Source: an uncultured archaeon (GTDB taxonomy: Archaea > Iainarchaeota > Iainarchaeia > Iainarchaeales > GCA-2688035). Taken from it: a DNA stretch of 64,000 nucleotides. Every line of letters begins with the position of its first letter. Positions within the stretch are counted from its first letter, which is position 1. The position numbers and the translations under genes were made by a program. The notes below the pieces were generated by a model, which was not told the origin of the DNA, made no database searches, and worked only from the letters and a program-made list of their open reading frames with translations. Location of the stretch: assembly GCA_964354805.1 (NCBI GenBank), contig CAYHBD010000030.1:18337-82336 (forward strand). The letters are read 5' to 3'. Shown in pieces: positions 8,771 to 17,519 of this stretch.

Positions 8771-8943
8771 GGACCCATAGCCTAGTGGATAGGGCAACTA
8801 AAGAGGTGAGTTTTTCAATTCTCTCTTTTGCAAGCCTCCTAAAGCCTTTTCTTTAGAAAAGAAAAGGCTTGCGAAAAGAAATTTTTCGCTCTGCAAAAAA
8901 CGGGGCTAGCAGTAGGTCGTGGGTTCGATTCCCACTGGGTCCG
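8771..8943 (+). tRNA. tRNA-Arg(CCT) with two introns (29/30: 8800-8833; 37/38: 8842-8907)
   Basis: Acceptor GGACCCA/TGGGTCC; T-arm GTGGG-TTCGATT-CCCAC; removing both introns gives ACTGC-CTCCTAA-GCAGT; BHB-type motifs at both. Confidence 0.93.
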
Positions 8944-8944
8944 T

Positions 8945-9466
8945 ATGGCTTGGTTAAAGCGTTTGAAGCACAAAGCCAAGAAAGCAGTTGTTGTGCTCAG
9001 GTCAAGGCCTCTGCTGAGAGACCCAACAGCTTTAGGAGTTCCAAGGGTTATTTGGAAAACGAAATCGCATGGGAGAAGAATCATTTGGAAAAGCCCAGCA
9101 GAGCCAAGGGAAATTGAGGCAAGAAAGATTCTGCCAAAAATTGTGCCAAAAGAATGTGACACTTTTTATTTCAGGCTATCAAAGAGATACCCTTACAAAA
9201 TTGGCGCAAAGCGCTGGGAGCAGTACTATGATTTGCCTTCAATGGAAGATGTTTTCCACGGTAGAATGCACAGGCGAATGAGAAAACTTCTGCGGGAAAA
9301 GAGAATATCTTTCGAAAAACTGCTGAACATGTGCACTGAAGCGGAAGAGGAATTGCACAAAATCCTAAGGGAACACAAAGATGAATTGAATCTTGACCTT
9401 GGTCCAGACCAATTAATGGTTGGCGTAAGAAACGGCAAATTGGACCTAATTTTGGTTGATGTATAA
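8945..9466 (+). CDS. Orphan basic protein, weak kinase-fold-like C-terminus
   Basis: ATG 2 nt after tRNA discriminator; K/R-rich N-terminus; LDLGPDQLMV...LILVDV. Confidence 0.6.
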   Translation: MAWLKRLKHKAKKAVVVLRSRPLLRDPTALGVPRVIWKTKSHGRRIIWKSPAEPREIEARKILPKIVPKECDTFYFRLSKRYPYKIGAKRWEQYYDLPSMEDVFHGRMHRRMRKLLREKRISFEKLLNMCTEAEEELHKILREHKDELNLDLGPDQLMVGVRNGKLDLILVDV

Positions 9467-9580
9467 CCCTGTTCGTCAAAACCCCAAATTTTTTCACAGG
9501 TTAATGGCAATTGACGAAACCCTTTAAAAGCTGTTTTGGTTAATTTACTTTTAAGTGGGTTAATTTTTTGGGTGTTTTGA

Positions 9581-10294
9581 GTGGCTGAGAAGCTGACTAC
9601 AACAATTGCCGGGGAAATCTGCCTGAGCAAGGACCCGGGCGGCAGCATGAAAAAGTGGCGGGAGATTTTTGGCGTAACGCAGACAGAGCTGGCACTACAC
9701 TTGAAGGTTACTAACAGCACTATTTCCGATTATGAGGGCGGAAGGAGAAAAAGCCCTGGAATTGCGGTCATAAGCAGGCTTGTTAATTCGTTGATTGAAA
9801 TGGACAATGGCAGGGGCGGCAAGGTTGTAAAGCAATTGGAGAAGGATTTCAAGCCGAAGGAAGAGGCTTTTGATTCGCACGAGTTCAGCGCAGCAATGAA
9901 GGGCCCTGATTTTGCGAAAAAGATTGACGCAACATGCGTTGCAAACCAAAGCAGATTGAAGGACGTTCAGATTTACGGCTTCACTGTAATCGACAGCATG
10001 AAGGTCATCTTGGAAGTGCCTGTTCACGAATACATGCTTTTGTACGGGAAAACGCCTGACAGGGCGCTGATTTTCAGGTTTGTAGAGAACGGAAGAAGCC
10101 CGCTGATTGCAGTGAAGATCGGCAGGTTCAGCACTGACATGAGGCCAGCAATCGTTGTGCTGCACGGAAAAATCACTGCCGAAACAGTTGACCCAATTGC
10201 AATAAAGATTGCTGAAAGCGAAAAAATCCCGCTGCTCGTAACGCAGAAAAGCATTGAGGAAATAATGGCTGAACTGAAAAAATTTGAGAGCTGA
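9581..10294 (+). CDS. XRE-HTH transcriptional regulator (COG1709 family)
   Basis: IAGEICLSKDPG.SMKKWREIFG, ISDYEGGRRKSPG, GRSPLIAVK. Confidence 0.9.
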   Translation: MAEKLTTTIAGEICLSKDPGGSMKKWREIFGVTQTELALHLKVTNSTISDYEGGRRKSPGIAVISRLVNSLIEMDNGRGGKVVKQLEKDFKPKEEAFDSHEFSAAMKGPDFAKKIDATCVANQSRLKDVQIYGFTVIDSMKVILEVPVHEYMLLYGKTPDRALIFRFVENGRSPLIAVKIGRFSTDMRPAIVVLHGKITAETVDPIAIKIAESEKIPLLVTQKSIEEIMAELKKFES

Positions 10295-10331
10295 AAAAAT
10301 AAAGCAAATTCAAATTAAAAAAATCCGAGAG

Positions 10332-11066
10332 CTAAATCCTGAGCGCGAATGTTTCCCTCTTTTTCTGTTTCCCTGTCCTGTCAACTCCAATCAGCTTGAA
10401 TGTTTTCGTTGCATCTGTTTTGAATTCTTTTTCCAGCTGCTTTACAGCCAAGGCAGCTGCTTTTTTTGATCCGACTATTGCATCGATTGAGTTTTTTTTC
10501 TGTGTTGCGGAAACAATTGCGGCCAGACCGTCTCTTTTTTGCAGGGATGCGAGCAATTGCCTCAGCCTGTTGAAAGCAGCAGCTGCTTTTTCCCCCCTAA
10601 GCTGCACTATTGCCTCAAAGTAATTGCTTTTCAGCTTCATGCAAGCATCGCACTGCATTGCGGGAAAAGAGATTGTTGTTTTCCTTTCAACCAGAACAGG
10701 CGTGTTTTCAATTACGCCCTTTGCCGTTACGATTGCCTGCATTTCCTTTTCACTCAACCGCTGCAATTCAACTGACAGGGCAGCATCTGTCAGCTCCTTA
10801 ACCTTGCATTTTTTTTTGACGAACTGCTTCAATAGTTCCAAGTCAAAAGCGTGCATTTTCCCTGAAAGCAAAATTTTTCCGCATTGCTTGCAGCGCTGCA
10901 ACTCGATTTTTTCAGGCAACTGCAGAAGCGTGTGCTCTTTCAGGAAGCACTGGAGGCAGCTGCCCCTTACAAAAAGGCTGTCTGTTGCACCGCAGCTCGG
11001 GCAAAATAATCTGCCCAAAGCCTTTTTGCCTTTTGGCAAAAAGCCTTGGGAAAAGTTGCTTCGCAT
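10332..11066 (-). CDS. nmd3: NMD3 family ribosome biogenesis protein; N-terminus encoded by repeat
   Basis: FCPSCG, CLQC, CKQCG, CDAC, YFEAIVQLR. Confidence 0.88.
   Translation of the reverse strand: MRSNFSQGFLPKGKKALGRLFCPSCGATDSLFVRGSCLQCFLKEHTLLQLPEKIELQRCKQCGKILLSGKMHAFDLELLKQFVKKKCKVKELTDAALSVELQRLSEKEMQAIVTAKGVIENTPVLVERKTTISFPAMQCDACMKLKSNYFEAIVQLRGEKAAAAFNRLRQLLASLQKRDGLAAIVSATQKKNSIDAIVGSKKAAALAVKQLEKEFKTDATKTFKLIGVDRTGKQKKRETFALRI
11017..11064 (-). repeat. REP-like unit at NMD3 5' end
   Basis: GCGAAGCAACTTTTCCCAAGGCTTTTTGCC-AAAA-GGCAAAAAGGCTTTG. Confidence 0.85.
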
Positions 11067-11070
11067 CCCA

Positions 11071-11913
11071 TTAACCCACCTTGAGGAATTGCTTTTTTTC
11101 AAAGCCAAAGTAGAAAACAGTACTTAACACGTAGTAGTATGTGGCAAAAACTGCCAGCAGAAACCTTACCACTATCAATAAGGAAAAAACAGCCAATTGC
11201 TGAAGCAAATTCTGTGGCCCTATTAACCATACATCAACGCTTAAGAAAATACTGATGCCCATCGTTAAAAGAAAAAAAATGAATGCTTTTATAATATTTG
11301 TGTTGTGTTTAAACGAAACTGATACTGTTTGCTTAAGTGTTTTGGAAAAATTTAAGTTCTCTAAAGAGCCAATGGGGTAAATCAAAAAATATATGAATAT
11401 AAACCAAAAGAACATTGCCAATAAAGCCGCAAAAACCAAGATTGCAGACAAAAATAAATCCCCTGATAAATAGGATGTGTAAGCAAACCAAGTAAGTGGC
11501 AACCAAACAATAAGGATTGCCACCAAAGCGGCAAATAAGGGCATAAAAATTTTTCCGAAGTGATGCAAAACATTTTGCAATGCATTCTTAAAAGATATTT
11601 TTCTCTTTTTATAATAATCTTGGACCATTGGGGGATACATCGGATTTATAAGAAAAAAATCAATCGAATCAACTGCCAGACTGTATAAGGCAATAATAAG
11701 CATAGAACCGATTATATCCAACGCCCTACTTAATTCACTGCTGCTCAAATTATATGGATTCAAAAGGGACGTATCCAATTGAAGCCCGTAATAGGTAAGC
11801 AGAATAAATGCAGGCAACTGAAAGAATGCAACCAGAATCTTCGGAATGAACAGTTTGGGGCACATTCGCAGCAGAAGAAAGCTGTCAACCATGATTCTGT
11901 AAAAGCTCATCAA
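11071..11913 (-). CDS. Multi-pass membrane protein
   Basis: About 6 hydrophobic segments; AT-rich. Confidence 0.75.
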   Translation of the reverse strand: MMSFYRIMVDSFLLLRMCPKLFIPKILVAFFQLPAFILLTYYGLQLDTSLLNPYNLSSSELSRALDIIGSMLIIALYSLAVDSIDFFLINPMYPPMVQDYYKKRKISFKNALQNVLHHFGKIFMPLFAALVAILIVWLPLTWFAYTSYLSGDLFLSAILVFAALLAMFFWFIFIYFLIYPIGSLENLNFSKTLKQTVSVSFKHNTNIIKAFIFFLLTMGISIFLSVDVWLIGPQNLLQQLAVFSLLIVVRFLLAVFATYYYVLSTVFYFGFEKKQFLKVG

Positions 11914-11941
11914 TGCTCACTTAAACAATTTTATTCCGTTT

Positions 11942-13219
11942 TTACTCGTTTAATGCAATTTTTTTCCCAAGCTGCGGGACAATTGCCTCAATGCCTGTTT
12001 CTTCTTTTATTTTCTGCCTGAAAACATCAATCACTTCCTTGTCTCCGTGCACAAGCAAAACTTTCTCAGGCTGCCATTTCTTTATTGCATGCAGCATTTC
12101 CTGCTGCGAGGCATGCGCACTAAAATCAAATTTTGCAACCTTTGCTTTTACGTCATATAATTGACCGTCAATCTCTATTTTATTTGTTTCCATAAGCATT
12201 CTGCCTGGCGTTCCTTCAACCTGGAAGCCCGTAAGGAAAATGCCGCTTTTCTCGTCATTGTGCAATCTCTTGATGTAATCAAATATCGGGCCGCCTGTAA
12301 GCATGCCTGATGTCGTAACAATTACGCCAGGCTTTTTCAATACCTTATTCCTTGCGCCCTTGTTCTTAACCCAGCTGGCGTGCTTTAATGCCTTTTGCAG
12401 CTGTTTCGGGTCCTTTAAATATTCAGGGAAGCGCATTGTTGCAAGAGCAACCCTCTGACCCATTCCATCCAAATAAATTGGCGCATTCACCTTGTGCTCG
12501 AACAATATATCAATTATTTCCTGGCTTCTCCCGACAGCAAAAGCAGGCACCAAGGCAAAGCCCCCTTTTTCAATCGTGTTCTGCACTTCCTCTATAAAAA
12601 GTTTTTCGCACTCTTTCCTTTTTGGATGATTCCTGTCGCCGTAAGTTGACTCAATCGCAAGGTAATCGACCTTTCCAGTATTCAAGTCCGCTCCCTTGAA
12701 CAAGCGAGTTTCCTCTGGCTTGAAATCTCCAGTATAGAGAAGGGTCTTTTCCCCCATTGCCAATTTCACCATCGCGCTTCCGAGAATGTGCCCTGCATCA
12801 AAAAGGGTCATTGAGCAATGCTTGGTTATATCTAATTTTCTTTTGTAAACAGCAGGGAAAGTGAAACGTTCCGCTTTCGCTATATCCTCTTTTGAAAAAG
12901 GGACATTCTCGCTTTCCATTCCCGCAATATGCAGGCTGTCAAACCACAAAATTTTGCACAATTGCAGAGTCGGCGGGGTCATGTATGTAAGGAACTTGCT
13001 TTCAACAAAAAGCGAGGGCAGGCTTCCGCTGTGGTCCAAGTGCGCATGGCTTATTATTACTGCATCTAGGTTTGTCTGGATAGGCAGCGGATCGAATGTT
13101 CCCTGCGGGAGCAGCTTTACTCCCCTTTCAAGCAGAAACTTTTCCCCGCTGTCAACAAGGAAACTGCTTCTGCCGACCTCGTTGCATCCGCCTAACGCAG
13201 TGAAAGAAACAGGCCGCAT
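11942..13219 (-). CDS. MBL-fold beta-CASP ribonuclease (aCPSF2-like)
   Basis: EVGRS, SHAHLDH, AGHILGSA, YTGD, ESTYG, FSAHA. Confidence 0.93.
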   Translation of the reverse strand: MRPVSFTALGGCNEVGRSSFLVDSGEKFLLERGVKLLPQGTFDPLPIQTNLDAVIISHAHLDHSGSLPSLFVESKFLTYMTPPTLQLCKILWFDSLHIAGMESENVPFSKEDIAKAERFTFPAVYKRKLDITKHCSMTLFDAGHILGSAMVKLAMGEKTLLYTGDFKPEETRLFKGADLNTGKVDYLAIESTYGDRNHPKRKECEKLFIEEVQNTIEKGGFALVPAFAVGRSQEIIDILFEHKVNAPIYLDGMGQRVALATMRFPEYLKDPKQLQKALKHASWVKNKGARNKVLKKPGVIVTTSGMLTGGPIFDYIKRLHNDEKSGIFLTGFQVEGTPGRMLMETNKIEIDGQLYDVKAKVAKFDFSAHASQQEMLHAIKKWQPEKVLLVHGDKEVIDVFRQKIKEETGIEAIVPQLGKKIALNE

Positions 13220-13271
13220 TTTGAATCAAGCCAATTTTTTTAAAATTTTTTAATTATTTCCCGCCAGAATT

Positions 13272-13454
13272 TTATTTAACCACAATCGCTTTCGCCGGGC
13301 AGCTTGCCTCGCAGGCCCTGCACTGAATGCAGTCATTCGGGTTTTTTACAACGGCTTTCCCTTTCTGCATTTCGAAAACATTGACAGGGCAAACCGAAAC
13401 GCAGGTGCCGCAGCCAGTGCACTTGTTTTTGTCAACATAAGGCCTTTCAGCCAT
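13272..13454 (-). CDS. 2[4Fe-4S] ferredoxin
   Basis: CTGCGTCVSVCP and CIQCRACEASCP. Confidence 0.93.
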   Translation of the reverse strand: MAERPYVDKNKCTGCGTCVSVCPVNVFEMQKGKAVVKNPNDCIQCRACEASCPAKAIVVK

Positions 13455-13523
13455 TTTGCCATCACCTCTGGTTAAAAATTATTTTTTCCTTTCATTTACC
13501 TCTTTCTTTATCTCTGTTTAAAA

Positions 13524-13757
13524 TCACTTTTTCTTTCCCTTTGCCTCTTTTTTAATTGCCTCATTCATTTCCTTGAGCAAAGAATCAATTTCCTTTTCAT
13601 CCATGCCATGCGCTTTTGCGCCCTGCTCGACTGTTTCAAAAACGGCAACATGGCAGCCAACGCAATGCAACCCCCTGCCAAGCATTACAGGCACGGCATC
13701 AGGAAACACGCTGACCACTTCGCCAAGAGTCGTATTTCTCTCAATTTTTTTAACCAT
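13524..13757 (-). CDS. DUF1858 (hybrid-cluster-associated redox disulfide) protein
   Basis: GLHCVGC, ETVEQGAKAHG. Confidence 0.85.
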   Translation of the reverse strand: MVKKIERNTTLGEVVSVFPDAVPVMLGRGLHCVGCHVAVFETVEQGAKAHGMDEKEIDSLLKEMNEAIKKEAKGKKK

Positions 13758-13765
13758 AAGGAAAT

Positions 13766-13864
13766 CAATCACAGAAAAGTTTTTTAAATGCCCCCTGACA
13801 GCAACGTGCTCAAAGCAATCACAGAAAAGTTTTTTAAATGCCCCTAACGGCAACGTGCCCAAAG
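13766..13864. repeat. Tandem ~50-bp duplication of the nrdG 3' end
   Basis: CAATCACAGAAAAGTTTTTTAAATGCCCC... at 13766 and 13816. Confidence 0.85.
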
Positions 13865-14544
13865 AAAGGCTTTAACGCAGCGGCAAACTGCAGCAGTTCC
13901 TCCCTGCTGTATGCCCTGCTGCCCTGCATTTTTTTATCCAAAAGCGGAACGCTTGAATCAAACTGCTGCAAAAAGAATTGCTCGGCGCCCTGCAGCCATT
14001 CGCCGATTGCAACCAAATCGGCTTTGCTGTGCAATGCAGGCACAATGGTTATCCTGAACTCGTATTCAACGCCGCTTTCTTTAATCAAGTCAATGCTGCG
14101 CTGGATTTTTTGCAAATCAACCCTGGCGCCGGCTGCTTTGCTGTATTTTTCTTTCGCAGCCTTTATGTCCATTGCAATGTAGTCCACTGCTTTGGCGGCA
14201 ATCAGCTTTTGCAGCATTTCCGGTTTTGAACCATTTGTGTCAATTTTAACCAGCAAGCCCAAGCGCTTGGCCTTTTTGCAGAAAGCAGGCAGCCCTGCAT
14301 GCAGCAGCGGCTCTCCGCCTGAAATGCATACGCCATCCAGAAACTTTCTTCTGTCGCGAAGGAAACGCAGCGCTTCTTTTTCCGTTATTTTTACGCCTGT
14401 TTCCTTGTCCAGAACAAGCTGGGCGTTGTAGCAAAAGGGGCACCTGAAATTGCATTTTGGCAGAAAAAGCGTTGCAGCAACCTTGCCCGGAAAATCAATC
14501 AAAGTTGTCTTTTGCACTCCTTTAAAGATAAGCAAACCATACAC
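13834..14544 (-). CDS. nrdG: Anaerobic RNR activating radical SAM enzyme
   Basis: TTLIDFPG, CNFRCPFCYN, SGGEP, DTNGS, AMDIK. Confidence 0.94.
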   Translation of the reverse strand: MYGLLIFKGVQKTTLIDFPGKVAATLFLPKCNFRCPFCYNAQLVLDKETGVKITEKEALRFLRDRRKFLDGVCISGGEPLLHAGLPAFCKKAKRLGLLVKIDTNGSKPEMLQKLIAAKAVDYIAMDIKAAKEKYSKAAGARVDLQKIQRSIDLIKESGVEYEFRITIVPALHSKADLVAIGEWLQGAEQFFLQQFDSSVPLLDKKMQGSRAYSREELLQFAAALKPFFGHVAVRGI

Positions 14545-14584
14545 CTGAAATAGTTAAAAAATAAATAAATTCGGCTGCAACTGG

Positions 14585-14728
14585 TTATACTTTGCCCATT
14601 GCTTTTTTCTCTGAGAATGTCTGCCTTTCCTTGAATTCTTCCTGTTTGCCCAGATTCCAGTTCTGGACTGGCCTCAGGTATCCTACAACCCTGCTGTAGA
14701 CCTCGCATGGCGCGTTGCATTTTGGCAT
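14585..14728 (-). CDS. Stand-alone 47-aa NrdD glycyl-radical C-terminal module
   Basis: Manually translated: MPKCNAPCEVYSRVVGYLRPVQNWNLGKQEEFKERQTFSEKKAMGKV; GGAGGT RBS. Confidence 0.92.
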   Translation of the reverse strand: MPKCNAPCEVYSRVVGYLRPVQNWNLGKQEEFKERQTFSEKKAMGKV

Positions 14729-14780
14729 TTTCATCGACCTCCGTTTTTTAATTTTAATTTTTTGCCAATCTCAAATAAAA

Positions 14781-16796
14781 TCACTGCATTTGCCGCACTG
14801 TTTGCTTTGCTGCCTCTTCTTTTTTTTCGCTCACTTCAACAGGGCAGTTGAAGTGCTTGCCCTTGACATAGCCGTGAACAGGGCAAACACTGAAGGTTGG
14901 CGTAATAGTGTAATACGGCATCTTGAAGCCGTAAGCTATTTTTTTAACCAGCCTGCCGCATGCCTCTCCCGATTCCATTGCCTCTCCAAGGAAACCGTGC
15001 AATACTGTTCCGCCAGTGTATTTGCACTGCAGTTCATCCTGGTGCTTTAATGAATCAAAAATGTCGTCAGTGAAGTCAACAGGCAGCTGTGTGCTGTTTG
15101 TATAATATGGTGCATCCTTGCCTGCTGTTTTTATTTCCGGGTAGTTTCTTTTGTCTATTCTCGCAAGCCTGTAGGAGGCGCCCTCTCCGGGAGTTGCCTC
15201 CAAGTTGAATATGTGGCCTGTCTCTTTCTGGAATTCAGTCAGCCTTTCCCTGAAGAAGTCAAGTGATTTTAATGCAAGCTGCCTTCCTTCCTTGCCTGCA
15301 ATGCTTGTTTTCAGGAAATTTTCGCAGCATTCATTCATTCCAATCAGACCTATTGTTGAAAAATGGTAATCCAATGTGCCCAAATAATGCTTGCTCCATG
15401 GCAGCAAGCCCTGCTGCATGTTTTTGTTCACTTCCTTTCTTTTGATCTCAAGGCTTTCCTTCGCAAGATAAAGCAGTGTATCCAGCCTCTCGAAGAAATC
15501 ATCCTCGTCTTTTGCAAGAAAACCAAGCTTTGACATATTGATTGTCACAACTCCAATGCTGCCTGTTTTTTCACCAGAACCAAACAGGCCGCCTGTTTTT
15601 TGCTTCAGGTCGCGCAAATCCAATTGAAGCCTGCAGCACATTGAGCGAACATCGCTTGGCTTGAGCGAGCTGTTGATGAAGTTCTGGAAGTATGGAATGC
15701 CGTACTTTGCAGTCATGTTGAAGAGAGCCTGCGCGTTCTCGCTTTCCCAATCAAATTCTTTCGTAATATTGTATGTCGGAATTGGAAAGGTGAAAACCCT
15801 GCCGTTTGCGTCCCCTTCGGTCATTACCTCAATGAATGCCTTGTTAATCATATCCATTTCATCCTGGAAATCAGCATATGTTTCATCGGCAAGCATTTGA
15901 CCGCCGTAAATCACTGGCATGTCCCTCATGTCAGATGGAACAGTCCAATCTAGGGTAATGTTTGTGAATGGCACTTGGTTTCCCCAGCGTGATGTTGCGT
16001 TTGTTGCAAAAATGAATTCCTGCAATGACTGCTTTACCTTCTTGTAATCCAGATTGTCTTTTGCAACCAATGGCGCCAGGTAAGTGTCAAAGCTGTTGAA
16101 TGCCTGGGCTCCAGCCCACTCGTTCTGCAAGGTTCCCATGAAGTTGACAATCTGGCCAAGTGCTGCATTGAAGTGCTTTGCAGGCTTTGCAGCAATCCTG
16201 CCTGGCACTCCACCGAAGCCGATTTCAAGCAGCTGCTGCAGGCTCCAGCCTGCGCAGTATCCTGAGAATGTGCCGTTTCCCAAATCATGGATGTGGAAGT
16301 CGGCGCTCCTGTGCGCGTTTGATATCTCTTCCGGATAAATGTTTCTCAGAGCATACTCTGCAATGACTGCACCGCTTATGTGTGCCTGCAATCCTGAAAG
16401 GCTGTAGGAGGCGTTGCTGTTTTCCGCAACCCTCCAGTCAGTCAGCATTACGTAATCGTCAACGATTTTATTGATTTTGTTCAGGAAAGCGGCTGCATCC
16501 CTCAGCTCTGCTCTTTTCTGCCTGTAAATGATGTATGCCTTTGCTGTTTTTGCGTGCCCTGCCTCAATCAGTTCCTTTTCAACAGTGTCCTGAATCTCTT
16601 CAACGCCCGGAGTCTTTGTCCCGAATTTTTTCTTCAGGGCGTGCACTATTCTGTCGGTCAGGTCAACTGCAATCTGCCTGTTTGTTCCGCCGACGGATTT
16701 TGCGGCAGCAAAAATAGCGTCCTCAATCTTCTTTCTGTCAAAGGGGGCAGTGCTGCCGTCCCTTTTTCTCACGCTTTCCAAAAAACGCTGAACCAT
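14781..16796 (-). CDS. nrdD: Class III anaerobic ribonucleotide reductase (ATP cone; lacks Gly-radical loop)
   Basis: VRKRDG ATP cone, HIHDL, YCAGW, RSMCCRL, EATPGEG, YTGGTVLH; ends before RxxGY. Confidence 0.95.
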   Translation of the reverse strand: MVQRFLESVRKRDGSTAPFDRKKIEDAIFAAAKSVGGTNRQIAVDLTDRIVHALKKKFGTKTPGVEEIQDTVEKELIEAGHAKTAKAYIIYRQKRAELRDAAAFLNKINKIVDDYVMLTDWRVAENSNASYSLSGLQAHISGAVIAEYALRNIYPEEISNAHRSADFHIHDLGNGTFSGYCAGWSLQQLLEIGFGGVPGRIAAKPAKHFNAALGQIVNFMGTLQNEWAGAQAFNSFDTYLAPLVAKDNLDYKKVKQSLQEFIFATNATSRWGNQVPFTNITLDWTVPSDMRDMPVIYGGQMLADETYADFQDEMDMINKAFIEVMTEGDANGRVFTFPIPTYNITKEFDWESENAQALFNMTAKYGIPYFQNFINSSLKPSDVRSMCCRLQLDLRDLKQKTGGLFGSGEKTGSIGVVTINMSKLGFLAKDEDDFFERLDTLLYLAKESLEIKRKEVNKNMQQGLLPWSKHYLGTLDYHFSTIGLIGMNECCENFLKTSIAGKEGRQLALKSLDFFRERLTEFQKETGHIFNLEATPGEGASYRLARIDKRNYPEIKTAGKDAPYYTNSTQLPVDFTDDIFDSLKHQDELQCKYTGGTVLHGFLGEAMESGEACGRLVKKIAYGFKMPYYTITPTFSVCPVHGYVKGKHFNCPVEVSEKKEEAAKQTVRQMQ

Positions 16797-16968
16797 TAAA
16801 CCAACCCGGTAACACTAAAAAATTATTTAAAAAAAATTCTGTCAATACAAGGCAACGGAAAAAATAATGCGAAACATATTTATAAAAGTTTCCTATGGAT
16901 TTTTGGCACAGTAAGGTTTTTATAGCCTTAAAAAAATTTAGTTATTTCAACCAAAATTTTTTTGTAGC

Positions 16969-17490
16969 TTAAAATTCATCTTCAACAATAATTTCGCTTT
17001 CTTTTCTCCTGCCTGTAACGAATGGCTGCTCTGCTGCATAGCCGATTGGCAGAATCGCGACAGGCAGCATATCCTTTCCGGCATTTATCGCATCTGAAAC
17101 AGTAGCAGCATCAAATGCACCGACCCAAACACTGCTTAGGCCGAGTTCCTGCGCTGCAAGCTGCGCGTAAGCGCAAGCGATTGTTGCATCCTGCAATGCA
17201 TACAATTCTCTTCCTCTATTGCTGTACCTGCCTGCGCTTCTTTTCAAATCAGCTACAAACACAAGCAATAAGGGAACTTGCCCTACAAAGCCCTGACCCA
17301 AAGAAGCAGCAGCCAACTGCTGCCTTTTTGCTTCGCTTTTCACAACAACAATTTTGAATGCCTGCAGGTTGCCTGCGCTTGGCGCACTATTTGCAGCGCG
17401 CAGTATCTGCTGCAGCTTGTTGGTCTCAACCTTTTTTTCCTGAAAGCGCCGCACGCTGTGCCTTGCCTCAATCAATTCAAAAAATTGCAT
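16969..17490 (-). CDS. Nitroreductase family protein
   Basis: RHSVRRF, APSAGNLQ, GLSSVWVGAF, IGY. Confidence 0.92.
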   Translation of the reverse strand: MQFFELIEARHSVRRFQEKKVETNKLQQILRAANSAPSAGNLQAFKIVVVKSEAKRQQLAAASLGQGFVGQVPLLLVFVADLKRSAGRYSNRGRELYALQDATIACAYAQLAAQELGLSSVWVGAFDAATVSDAINAGKDMLPVAILPIGYAAEQPFVTGRRKESEIIVEDEF

Positions 17491-17519
17491 AAGAATTTGT
17501 TCATTCAAAGCGCTTTTAA

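Noticed and set aside
14729-14783. TGA read-through or selenocysteine joining nrdD to its radical domain
   Set aside because: An in-frame TAA follows within 9 codons and the small ORF has its own RBS.
17320-17342. GCGAAGCAAAAAGGC within the nitroreductase gene
   Set aside because: Encodes a normal part of the fold (KSEAKRQ) with no extra length; probably chance.
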